From contig JASVEC010000122.1 of NCBI GenBank assembly GCA_030770535.1, positions 1-46,649 of the forward strand: a DNA stretch of 46,649 nucleotides, in the 5' to 3' direction. Made by a program: the position numbers and the translations under genes. Positions 26,478 to 37,864 of the stretch are shown here, one piece after another. This DNA comes from Batkoa obscura (Eukaryota). Under the pieces are notes generated by a model that had not been told where the DNA came from, did not search any database, and saw only the letters and a program-made list of their open reading frames with translations. Every line of letters starts with the position of its first letter. The stretch's first letter is position 1.

Positions 26478-26888
26478 TTAATATGCATCCACTGAATATG
26501 AACTAGATATTGAGGTTATATTAAGGGGATATTGAACTAATTTTTCATCACTTAATATATTAATTGAAATATTATCACTGCAGTTAAGGATAAACTTCTC
26601 TTTTTTTTTCTTCCTCTTCTATACTAGAGCTATAACTTAATAATTGTTAAGATTTTAGTTCTGACTTTGGTTTAGCACGACGATTTTGAAACCAAATTTG
26701 AACAGCACAGAGAGGTAAGTTTAAATAAGAAGCTATTCCTTTCCTTTTTTGGGAATTTGGCCTTGGGTTTTGTTGAAACAAGCTTCTATACATTGAATCC
26801 GTTTTGTTGAATGGCGGGTTTTCTTAGATGGATTATAAGGCTTTGTTTTTATGTTTAATATAAACCAAGGCATTATTTGGGTAGATAT
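26478..26888 (-). pseudogene. Homeobox pseudogene, inverted paralog of the 28905 gene
   Basis: Minus strand reads IKTKPYNPSKKTRHSTKRIQCIEACF/QQNPRPNSQKRKGIASYLNLPLCAVQIWFQNRRAKPKSELKS*. Frameshift at 26776-78, stop at 26647-49, frameshift in the run at 26601-09, and ATA in place of the start ATG. Confidence 0.9.
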
Positions 26889-28837
26889 GGTAAAGTTAGT
26901 ATTAAATTTTATAAACTTGAGATGTTAATTTTTAGTATCTCATCCTGTTATTACTCTTTTTGTACTTTTAATAATTCCCCATTCAAAAAAGTTAGATTTA
27001 CAATATTCTCATAAAATCTAAATGCTTTAATATTTACTTGGCAAAATTTATAAGCTCTTAAAATTTTATAGCACCTTTTTAAAAAAATTCTAGAATATTG
27101 GAATAAAATGGAGTTATTAATGTTTTATTATAGGGATATAGAAATATAGAAAAGCTAAATTCAATATTTACTATAAACCAATAGTTATGTTAGCTTAAGT
27201 CTTTTATAATAACTTTTTTAAGAAGTTCCAAATTCTTTTGATAAGTGTCGATTAAATATTGTTAGCTTGAAATAGATTATGATCCCAACTTTAGAAGAAC
27301 TTGAAACTTTTGTAACTAATACTTAAAGTTCAATAGTCCAAAGATGTCATTGGTTCAAGCTACTTTTCATTTGGTATAAAGATAAAGAGGTAGTAAATCG
27401 GATGCAAACCCTTTGGAAAGGAGAAGCAGTAAGATTTTTATATATTCTAGAGGATAGGTCTGAGAAAGCAAATTACAAGGGACAATTTAAATTCAAAAAT
27501 AACAACTTGAAAGTAAAAGTCACAGAAGAAAAAGAGATGAATTGGGAAGCTAGAAAGTTTGAAAACGGTTCATGACAAAGACATTTTTATGATATTAAAT
27601 GAAAAAGACTAAATTTGGAGCTATTGATATTTATGCTTTTGCAAATAATTGGTGAAAAAAACTCTTATGTCCTTAGCTCTATTAAATTATGTTATAAAAT
27701 TGTCATATACTTTTTATTTAAATCTTAAAGACATTGAATAAATATTCAAGTACTTTATTATTGAAAGTAACTGAGCAAAACAACGATAGTATAGTAAATT
27801 CTAAGGCGAAAAAAGGAGCAAATATACAGAAATAACATTAAATTATTATAGGATTAGAAGGAGTTAGAGATCGTGTATTACGGGCTCCAAACTGGATAAT
27901 CTAAGTTAAAAAGAATGGTGTTTTGCTTTATAAATTTAAATCTAATTGTGGAGTAAACTTGTAGCCGCTTTTGCAACGGCTAAGGTGCTATTAACAAACA
28001 ATTTAGTGTAAAGGGTATATATAGATCACAGACTAATAAACAAAGCAGAGATTTATGGAAAGCGACAAATAAGGTGAAAGCTTCTGGTAGTTGAGAGTAA
28101 ACTGGAGAAGTAGTTTTAATTAGAGGTAATCATGCCATTTTCTACTTGGTAAGTTTGTTAATAAGATGAGCTAATATAAAAACCATAGACCCAAGTTAAA
28201 AAAAATAATTATTTGTCAAGTCTTAGTCGTTTATATATAAGATGGTTAAAAATCTCAATGGAGTTTCTATAAAATAAAAAAGATTCTATGAAGTGATATA
28301 TTTGATTTAATCAAGTCAGAATATTCTCTAGAAAATAAATTATACAAAACTTGATAAAGTTTTATTTATAAATATTTTTGGAACAGGTTAAATTAATAAA
28401 TAAGTTGACTATATGTTAGTTTTGGATATAACTTAACGGGGCTAACTCATTATTACTCTTACTTTTTGATGGCTATAAATTAGTGGATTAATCTATTATT
28501 TTATATTGTTAATCAATAGTAAAGTTTAAAAAATAGAAACCAAAGTGATATTGTTGGACATATTTACTATTAACATCAATCTTGGCTTTTGATTTCAAAT
28601 ATATTTTGACTACAAACAGAATAATCTTTAAAGAACTAATTAAGTATAAGATATTGGTGATATTAATTTGATTGTTTAAATCTCTACTTTTTATGACGTT
28701 TTAATAAATTAATTTATTTTTTAATAAAACACGAAATTTCAAAAACTCAGCTAAGTAATTAATTAATTTTGCTATAAATTAGGCCAAGACTTTAAAATAC
28801 CGGAAAATGGTCAATTAGCAATATTTAGTAAAAGAGG

Positions 28838-28844
28838 TATAAAA
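28838..28844 (+). promoter_or_regulatory. Putative TATA box of homeobox gene 1
   Basis: GGTATAAAAAG ~65 bp upstream of the ATG; a similar AGTATAAAT lies at ~31848-31856 before homeobox gene 2. The AT-rich background limits confidence. Confidence 0.3.
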
Positions 28845-28904
28845 AGACCGAAAAATGATATAAAGTGGATTAAAAAATAAATTCTAATATCAAATACTAA
28901 AACA

Positions 28905-29345
28905 ATGTCTATTCAAACTGCTAACCACTTTACTTCATCGGATGAAATCCCAGTCATCAAAGTAAAAATGTACGATCCAACTAGAAAAGCTCGTCACTCA
29001 ATGGAGCAAATTCAATATATGGAGGCTTGCTATCAAGAAAATTCAAAACCGAACTCAAAAAAAAGAAATGAAATAGCCTTACATTTGGACTTGAATGTCC
29101 GAACTGTACAAATCTGGTTTCAAAATCGTCGTGCTAAAACAAAAAGTATATTAAAAACTCAACAACAAGGAATTTCAAGTTCTAATATAGAAGATGAAGA
29201 AGAATATATTCCGAACAGAGGAAATATTATTTCTATCAATGATTTGCTAATTAATGAGAATGATGAATTGAACTATATCTCATCTATCCAACATTATCTT
29301 AATGTAAGCTCATCGCCTCAATTATATTCATCAGAAACCTTCTAA
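28905..29345 (+). CDS. Homeodomain transcription factor (Q50, non-TALE), intronless
   Basis: ARHSMEQIQYMEACYQENSKPN...RTVQIWFQNRRAKTK. Confidence 0.9.
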   Translation: MSIQTANHFTSSDEIPVIKVKMYDPTRKARHSMEQIQYMEACYQENSKPNSKKRNEIALHLDLNVRTVQIWFQNRRAKTKSILKTQQQGISSSNIEDEEEYIPNRGNIISINDLLINENDELNYISSIQHYLNVSSSPQLYSSETF

Positions 29346-31002
29346 AAATGTCCTGAATTTCCTTTAGTGTATAACTACGCTTTGAAATCATGATATTAAT
29401 TGATGGCTCCCATCATCCTAAAAAGTTCCTTTATGAATTCTGCTCTTAAATCATTATACTAACCCCAGGCAATACTTACCTTTACTTCTCATCTATTATT
29501 TCATCCAATAAAGTCTTTTAAATAAGGATGTGTAATATACGATCTTTAAAAAAATCAAGAACTAGAAATATATTAAAACACAACACAATTTTTCTTTACT
29601 GCCCAAGTAGCATAAAAATTTTAATTTATAAAATTTTAATGTTCTATATGCAACTTATAAATGGTAATCCATTTACTATGTAATATGCCAATTATTATTA
29701 CTTGAATAGGCTTCCTAAACTATTTATGAATTTGATTTTATAACAAAGTCATTTATGAATTTATGACATCGGTTTTTATTATACGTTAAAATTTACCTCT
29801 TAGCTGACAGATTGAGAGAATCTAAAATTATAAAATTTTTGGAGATTATAGCTGGCTTATCAATGTAACATTTGGGTATAGCATGGCGCATAATCAGCCA
29901 TAAAGATATTTAAGTGAAAAAAGGCTAGGTAATAACGCCTCAGACGCTAACGCTCTATTCAGGTTCCCACAGGCTCTTACATAAATTTGCTTTAATTTTA
30001 TAGACCACTCACCCGCAAGGGCCCAAGATTTTAAAGAAATTCTTAAGATTCAAAATAAAAATAAAGATAAGAGCTTGTAGATAAAAAAACTTAAATGTAT
30101 TTGTGAAAAATAAGGTGTTCCATGAATATTGTATTATTACCAATGTTTACTTTATAATATAACTGTAGCTATTAGAATTGGATAAAGCTTAATTTAGAAG
30201 CTAACTAAAGTAAAAGTTGATAAAAATAAAACGGTTACTATAGATTAGACGTGGAACAAAGTAAAGAAACAGCTGAAATACAAAGTCTATAGTTTGATTA
30301 TAGCATGGGTTGGTTTCATCTAGAAACATAAATTATCATTCATGTAGGGCCCTAATATCTGAAGTAATACAAAGACCGTGATTTTATCTAGAACTTTGCA
30401 ATTTTAAAGCAATAACTGATGAAGAAAGGTACAGCTGTTATCACTTGATCAAATAGAATTCTTCAAATGATATCATTATCATATTTGGCAGAAATTTCAT
30501 CAAATAAATAAAAGTATTCACCTTCGTTTTTTATTGTTGTTTTTATAAATTTTAGTTTTTATGAAGTATATGCTTTTGAGGTAAATTAAATTTACAGAAT
30601 AATTGAGATAGTCTTCTAAATAAATATCACCTAGTAAAATTATAAATAGCTATGTATTTAAAATCCTCGTTATTTTTATTTTTTAAATTATTTAATAAAA
30701 AGTAGGACAAAATTAGGATTTATTATATGCTTGGTATTAATTTAATATTATAACTTAATAATGAATGTATAAATTCTAAGTTTTCTTAATTTATTACCTG
30801 AATCTACTTTTATCTGTTAATTATAGGAGTGACACTTATATAACATTTTTTTTCTATACCTACTATAGTTTATTGAATATTTTTATATACATATGGCCAT
30901 AAACTAAATAACGCAATTAGTATTATCATATATCATATTTTATAGAGAATATAAAAAATAGTAGTAGTTTTTCCTATTTTAGATTAACTAAATTTAACCC
31001 GT

Positions 31003-31103
31003 GGAGATGTGTTTCTGTATTTAACAATTTTACTAACAATTTTTCCGCTCAAATAGTGTTTAAAAGATAGAAAAAGTGATGAAGTCAAAAAAAAAACCTT
31101 CTT
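31003..31103 (+). mobile_element. MITE copy 7, degenerate ends
   Basis: GGAGATGTGTTTCTGTATTTAACAATTTTACTAAC...TGAAGTCAAAAAAAAAACCTTCTT. Confidence 0.75.
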
Positions 31104-31138
31104 ATTATTAACTAAAAAATATTAAATTTCAAGAACAT

Positions 31139-31232
31139 GGGGATGGATTTTTTTTAATAATTTTACTACAACCTTTCCACTCAAATAGTGCTTAAAAAAT
31201 GGAAAAATAATGAAACCAAAAAAAACAGCCCC
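31139..31232 (+). mobile_element. MITE copy 8 (94 bp), TSD ACAT
   Basis: GGGGATGG...ACAGCCCC flanked by ACAT/ACAT. Confidence 0.9.
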
Positions 31233-31902
31233 ACATACTAACTGACAAAGAGAATACTTGATAAATTTATCATCTCTATTATATTTCATGATGTCTTTAG
31301 TAATGATTGATTCAAAAAAGTTATAAAGTTGTAGATTGAAGCCATTAGTGGCTAGTTTAAAGACTTTTGGTAAAGTAGTGAATTGACTCCAAACTAAAGT
31401 AGAACATAAAAGTTCTAAACGTCAAGAATATTAATTTGGCAATTACTTAAAGTACATTGCTTGTTAGTCTGTTTTTTTAAAGCTATTTATTTTTTATATC
31501 TTATAGTATCATATATGTACCTTTCTTTAGTGGCTTGCGATAGTGCTTAAATTGGAATACCCACAATATTTATGTTATTTTAAAGTTGCCTAAATTTTGT
31601 TTGCTTTAATTAATAAGGCAATCAGAGAAGATGTTTGATATAATAACCAATAACAAATTTTTGATTGTTCTATAGTTATAATTATTTAGTTATTTAACCT
31701 TTAAATAGATGTTTTATTTGTTTATATTATTGTTCTATATATAAGCCTAACTCGACCCTAAAAAGATATTATCTATAATAAGGAATTATATGGTCACTTG
31801 ATTACAGGATTTGTTTTATTAATTCTTTATTTGCTTGGGCTTTGAGAAGTATAAATACTTTAAAAATTTCAAACACTATACTAAACTTAACATTTATTGG
31901 AA

Positions 31903-32418
31903 ATGCATCACATTCAAAAGTTGAATTTTAGATTAGAAAAAAAGGATATCAAGATAAAGTTATATACTCCTGAAAATAAACATCGTCATGCACTAGAAAA
32001 TATTAACTATTTGGAGAAGTATTACCTTAAAAACTCAAGACCCAATAAACTAATTATAGACGAAATTGCAACCATCATTGATCTAAGCCCAAGAAAAGTT
32101 CAAGTCTGGTTCCAAAACCGTCGAGCAAAAGAAAAGAAGCTCTTTAACTCGATTGAAAAAAGTAGTTTAAATTTTAGATTTGAAAACTATGATGCACTCG
32201 AAGCTTCTCGATACAACCCAAATCCTATAGATGTTACTACAAATAGAAATCAAAAGATTGAAACATCTACAGTACACTCATATACAAATTCTCCAGAAGA
32301 CATTTACAGAATGGTTGATAAGGATAATTTTGAATGTCGACCCATTATTGCTTCAAAAGAACCTATAAGATATCATAAAAGGAGAGTCTCTTTTTCAATA
32401 AAAAGTTTACTATCTTAA
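31903..32418 (+). CDS. Homeodomain transcription factor (Q50, non-TALE), intronless
   Basis: HRHALENINYLEKYY...LSPRKVQVWFQNRRAKEK; first ATG at 31903; C-terminal FSIKSLLS. Confidence 0.9.
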   Translation: MHHIQKLNFRLEKKDIKIKLYTPENKHRHALENINYLEKYYLKNSRPNKLIIDEIATIIDLSPRKVQVWFQNRRAKEKKLFNSIEKSSLNFRFENYDALEASRYNPNPIDVTTNRNQKIETSTVHSYTNSPEDIYRMVDKDNFECRPIIASKEPIRYHKRRVSFSIKSLLS

Positions 32419-32874
32419 ACAACAATTAATTTAGTAATAATTTAAACTGTATCTAATTTATCTGATGCAGCTTCTATTGAATCATTGTATCAACACATAT
32501 TCTACTTTTTAATAAAAATAATATAATTCAAAAATTTAATAAATTTCGGTTTTTGACTTATAAAACAATATAAACTAAGTCATTATACATTGTCAACAAT
32601 AATTTCCAATTATAGCATATTGCATTATCATGTAAATAATATTTTTTAAAATAATCTAACCATATGATTTTACTTAAGTTTAACATAAACGTGTGAAATC
32701 TGGTACTCAGTGATTTGAGTTAAAAATAGTTATTGCCTGGTTAACTACACTATAAGTCGAAAAGTCTTAGTATATGTGACTAAGATAGACTTGAATTATG
32801 AATAGTACGTAATAGGCCACAGACTATATAAGACAAATAGAATAGACAATGCTAATATAAAATCTACATAAAAT

Positions 32875-32973
32875 GGGGATGTATTTTTGTGTTTAAGAAT
32901 TTTACTAACAACTTTTCCGCTTAAATAGCGCTTAAAAAATGGAAAAAGTAATGAAGTCAAAAAAAACATCCCC
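32875..32973 (+). mobile_element. MITE copy 9 (99 bp), TSD AAAT
   Basis: Perfect GGGGATGT...ACATCCCC flanked by AAAT/AAAT. Confidence 0.95.
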
Positions 32974-33791
32974 AAATACTATTAAGGAAACTTAGTGGCT
33001 TTATTAAATGTATGAGATATCAGGGATTAATTTAGTTAAAAAGGCTCAAGCTATTCTGTTTTAGAATCTCTTTTATACTCCGGTAAGTACAAATATCAAA
33101 ATGAGAAGATAATATTCTTTGAGACGAAGATACAAATCCTCTTAGTAAATCAAAATAAGAGCATGGGACTAATTGTCTCTATAATCGAGAACACGACGCC
33201 TTAGGCGATTGTTATGCTATAATTAACTATGGGGCTGACAGCGATATTTCACAAAACGCTCGTTAGAAAATTTTGTATTTAATCATTTCGACTTTAGATA
33301 GGCTCATATCGATTTTCTCAAAAGTCTTATATCTTCAAAGATAGCAAATTACAATAGTTGAATGTATTACCATGATTTTTTCTTTGAATTTTTATTCAAA
33401 GTATCCAATATAAAGCAATTGATATTATTAATTAGAATCATTACCAACAACTCAAACAGTATAATAAGTTGTAAATTTATGTTATAAAGTATGTTATTAA
33501 ACCTTGTTCTATTTAATAATTAAAATAAAGCCGAATTGGAAAATCAGCTTATTTGTTTCATAACCTCAATAAAAGCAGTTCAAATAATACTTTTTGCGAT
33601 CCTTTTTGTATGATTATAGAGCACAAAACTTAATATGATTTAAAACCTGATGACTATATTATAAATACTTCTAATTTAGATTTTAAAAAAGAATTAAGTA
33701 ATTATAATATTAATGTGAACTTTACCTAGTTTAAGTAACTTATAAAAAAATACTATTTTGTCTGATATTCTTGTCTTACCCATAAACACCT

Positions 33792-33922
33792 GAGGATGTA
33801 TTTTTGTGTTTAAAAATTTACTAACAATTTTTCGGCTCAAACAGTACTTAAAAGATGGAAAAAGTACTCTGTTTGGGTGAAAAAATTGTTAGTAAAATTC
33901 TTAAACATAAAAATACAGTCTC
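33792..33922. mobile_element. MITE copy 10, foldback variant with two 'left' arms
   Basis: GAGGATGTATTTTTGTGTTTAAAAATTTACTAACAATTTTT... followed by its inverted copy ...AAAAATTGTTAGTAAAATTCTTAAACATAAAAATACAGTCTC. Confidence 0.8.
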
Positions 33923-34009
33923 AATGTTAATTGTTTTAGTGGTATAAATTTTTTGACTTCAAATTAAGCAACTCAAAGCTTTGAAAAAGTTCTTAAACAA
34001 GTATCAAAT

Positions 34010-34107
34010 GGGGATGTATTTTTTTGTTTAAGAATTTTACCAATATCTTTCCACTCATAATAGCGCTTAAGAAATGGAAAAACAATGAAACCAAAAAAAA
34101 CATCCCC
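34010..34107 (+). mobile_element. MITE copy 11 (98 bp), TSD AAAT
   Basis: Perfect GGGGATGT...ACATCCCC flanked by AAAT/AAAT. Confidence 0.95.
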
Positions 34108-34202
34108 AAATGAAAATTTTAATTCGTTTTTTATATAATCAATCAAATACTCAAAACGCAATAAAAATCAAATTAACAAATATTAGCTTTTAATAAAAAA
34201 TA

Positions 34203-36248
34203 ATGAACTTAGAATTGCAAAATACAATACTAAAATTTGGGTTATTTTGGGTTATAGCTTATGTATTAAAATATTGCTTTAAATTTCGTTGGTTTTTGAA
34301 GGTAATATTAACATATAATTGACTATTTATATAAATTATTTTCGTTGAATATATAGATTAAAAAAAGAATCCAAAGATATATAATAATTGAATTGAATTT
34401 TTTTGAAATAATATTAAGTACAACAATATGGAATCAAATAATTCAAAAGTTGGGTAAAAATTATCAAAAAGTATGGACAATACTATATAAGTTAGGAACT
34501 TACTTTTCTTATCCGTTTTTTATTTATTCTATTTATTTGTTTTTTAATGCCTATATTCAATTCATCATTTATTTTTATTATTATTTTAACCCTATTGAGT
34601 CAACACTATCAAATGATAATAATTTAATTAAAAGAAGTTTTATCTATAATAAAGAAGATAATAATAGCAATAATCAAACTCAGTTTATTATTAAACCAAT
34701 AGTAAGTCCTTTTATTGAATAAAATATTGTTTATATTAATTGATAAATATTTACTATTACTATTTAGATACCTGGTGTTACTTTACCATCGAATGATGTT
34801 GTTATTTATTTATTTAGTTTTTTAGTAAGTGGAGTAATACATGAAGTGGGCCATGCAATAGCAAGTGAAATTAACAACATAAATATCGAAAGGATAGCCA
34901 TAATAATTAAATATATATACTCTGGAGCCTATGTAGAGATCAATAATTTTCAATTTAATAAGTTAAAAAATGGGAAAAAATTGATGATTATTATTGCTGG
35001 TATTATTAATAACTTATTGTTTTATATAATACTTTATATGATCAATTATTGGCAAATATTAACGAAGTTGTTATTGTTTTTTAATTTATATTCAATGAAT
35101 TTAAATACTGTTTTGATTTCAAATATTAAAACTAATTCTCCTTTAGTTAATCATTTAAATATCGGAGATCGATTATTGAATGTTAATGATGTTAATATTA
35201 ACAATTTAAATGATTGGAATAACTTAGTTATGAACAATAATAACAATGATAACAATAAATTATACAATTATGATGGAGTTTGTATTAATAGTAGTATATT
35301 AAATACAGGTAATATAATAATATTATATAATAATTAAATGATACTTAATTTAAATAATAGTTAATATAACTTCATGTTGTAATAATAATGACAATAGTAA
35401 TAACGACTTGACTTGTTTTAAGCAAATAGACTCAATAGAAAAGGTAAGCTTAATAATCTATTTAATTAAATGAAATATCGCAATAATAATTTTTACAAAG
35501 AATTCTTATTGTTTGTCACCATTCATTGTATTTAATGAATCTAAACGATGTAATATAAACAATCCATGTAGTAATAAAGAAAAGAAATGTATAATTGATA
35601 CTTATCCAATAGGAAGTAAGTATCATTGGTTTAGACTAAATATTAATAGAAATAATAATAATAATAAAATAACAACAATAACAAATAATGATAATAAATT
35701 AGTATTATATTATGGAGATTTTCAACATTTAGATTATTATAGTAAGTCCAATATTTAAATTAATAATATATTATAACTAAATTTATTATTTTTATTATTT
35801 TGATATAGTCCAATTAACGGATTTAAATCCTAATTTCGTTATATTAAGTTATTTATTACCAGAAACAATTAATAACTTTTTATTGTATCTTATGTCATTT
35901 AATTTAGCATTAGCCTTTTTTAATATATTACCGATTTATTCGTGTGATGGAGATTTGTTTTTATTAACTAATTTAAAATTAATGGAATCGTATTTTGATA
36001 AGAAAAATAGATTAAATAGTGTAAATAACAACAACACCAGTATAGAAGATGATAGTATCAATGAAGATATAAATAATAATGAGGAACATAATTATAGAAA
36101 TGACAATGGTAATATAGAAGAGAATAGAGATATAGATACTGAGAAATTAACACCCTTTTATTTTCAGCTATATAAATCCATTATTTATTTATTTACTATA
36201 TTAACGGGAACTTTATTCATTCTTTCAATTTTGTCTTTATTTTTATAA
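34203..36248 (+). CDS. Site-2 protease (peptidase M50, MBTPS2-like)
   Basis: Spliced. IPGVTLP, IHEVGHAIA (HExxH), AGIINN, a PDZ-like and Cys-rich insert, and FNILPIYSCDG (NxxPxxxxDG). Confidence 0.85.
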
Positions 36249-36474
36249 GATTATTTATTAGATAAAAGTAATAAATTAAAATTTTATTCATAAAGCTTTG
36301 TGATTTTATTTACCTTTTTTCTTTCAGTATTTAAAAAAATAATCTTACCACAAAACTTACCTCGAATATCTATTCTTTTTCAAAAAAAACTGCTTAATTT
36401 ATCTAACATATATATTATCTAAACAATATAATTTAAACTTGGTCATTTTATTATCTATAAAATCAAACTCTTAA

Positions 36475-37340
36475 TTAATTTTGAGTTGGTGGTGAAACTT
36501 GCATAGCTGGTGGAGGTTCTTGCATAACTTTTTCAAGTACGACGCCTAAACCTTCAATAACTGCTAAAAACACACCACCAAATACACCTGCAAACGCCAT
36601 TCTACCTGGACCAGCTAGAGAATTAAAATCAATTAGTGAATATTATATTCGTAATTTTACTATTATTCTTATTTTTATCACTCTTGTTCTATTTTTTTTC
36701 CTATCTTATAAATATATTTAGATATAGAATACTACTTACTTCTAACAGCCAAAGAACTACCAGTCAAAGCTCCTGATAATATACTATTCCAAGCATCATG
36801 TTTATGTCTTATTTCATATAATATACATTCATACGTACTGAATAATCCACCCCAAACTGCAAAATTACCTATATTATTTCAATGTAAGTTATTATTTTTT
36901 TATCTTGATTATTTTATACCTGAAGTAACTGGAGTACGTGCTTTAACTGCTGAGATAGCACCAATCATTCTTGATCCCTATGAAAAATTGTGATCAGTAT
37001 ACTGATAATTATTTTTAATTGCTGTTGAAAATAAAATAAGACGGATTATTATTGATATTACTATCGGCGTTATTATTTTTGTATAATATTATCGACACTT
37101 ACAGATGGAGAATTCTTTGCTCCTTTAAAAAAATTCCATACGGAGCCTAAACTGGCACCAATAGCAAAACCACCTCCAAGATCGGATAGGATGACCCATG
37201 GACTATAAAATAATAAATATAGATTAATTTGGCCTTTTTTTTGATTCATTCTCGTCTTTATCTCCTTTTAATATAGCTTAAATTAAGCTTAAACTAATAA
37301 ATTACCATGGATATCTAGTAGGATCCGCATTTCTAACCAT
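36475..37340 (-). CDS. TIM17: Mitochondrial import inner membrane translocase subunit Tim17
   Basis: Spliced. [54 protein letters not shown] and FLAVIEGLG. Confidence 0.92.
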
Positions 37341-37864
37341 TTTTTATATAAATTATATCTCTCTAAATTAAATAATAAAAATCGATTAAATTTGAATTTA
37401 AATTTCGATAATTTTACTTTAAACCCCATTTCTACTGAAATCCATTCATTCTCTTATTGGCTGAAGAAATTCTTAAAAATTATTGGAATCTATATTGGTG
37501 TGCTTTAGTATGGGCTGTTATTTAGCATTTTTACTATGTAGTATTTAGTATAAGTTTTTTTTATTGTTATAAAGAGGATAATCTACTATAATAATATGTT
37601 GTATAATCTAATTGATTATAATACAAATAAGGGGTAAATAGAAACTATTTAATTGTTATCAATCAATGAAACTTACTTCCACTGCTACAATGGAAACATC
37701 TAGACAATTATAGTAAAAATCAAAGTTTTAAGCTTTTCATGACCTCATAAAAACAGGAAAATCAATCCAAAAATCCCATAAAAAATATGAAAAGGAATAA
37801 GTGTCCAAAAATCAGATAGACAAACTAAAATCAAGTCAACTTTGCTTTATTCCTTCAAAGTAAA

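Noticed and set aside
26693..26720. U6 snRNA-like ACAGAGA box followed by GTAAGT
   Set aside because: No downstream U6 ISL or 3' sequence; the stretch is the antisense of the homeobox pseudogene.
26658..26871. Apparent G-U-rich hairpins suggesting a structured ncRNA
   Set aside because: Explained as the reverse strand of decayed homeobox coding sequence.
27280..28200. Coding-like purine-rich stretch with an intron-like GTAAGT...CATAG
   Set aside because: Could be a decayed gene or TE, but no family motif is recognisable.
29472..29482. ATACTTACCT matching the U1 snRNA 5' end
   Set aside because: No U1 stem-loops or Sm site follow.
29800..30530. GC-richer patch with a CCC-GCAA-GGG hairpin and broken minus-strand reading frames
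   Set aside because: The 3-bp stem is not significant, there is no Helitron CTRR end, and no identifiable protein.
10763..34107. MITE repeats as a CRISPR array, or as Tc1/mariner MITEs with a TA TSD
   Set aside because: They are dispersed with no spacers or cas genes. The duplications are 4 bp (AAAT, ATTT, ACAT), which does not fit TA.
34600..36120. AAT/AAC triplet runs (poly-Asn)
   Set aside because: Ordinary low-complexity coding repeats of an AT-rich genome.
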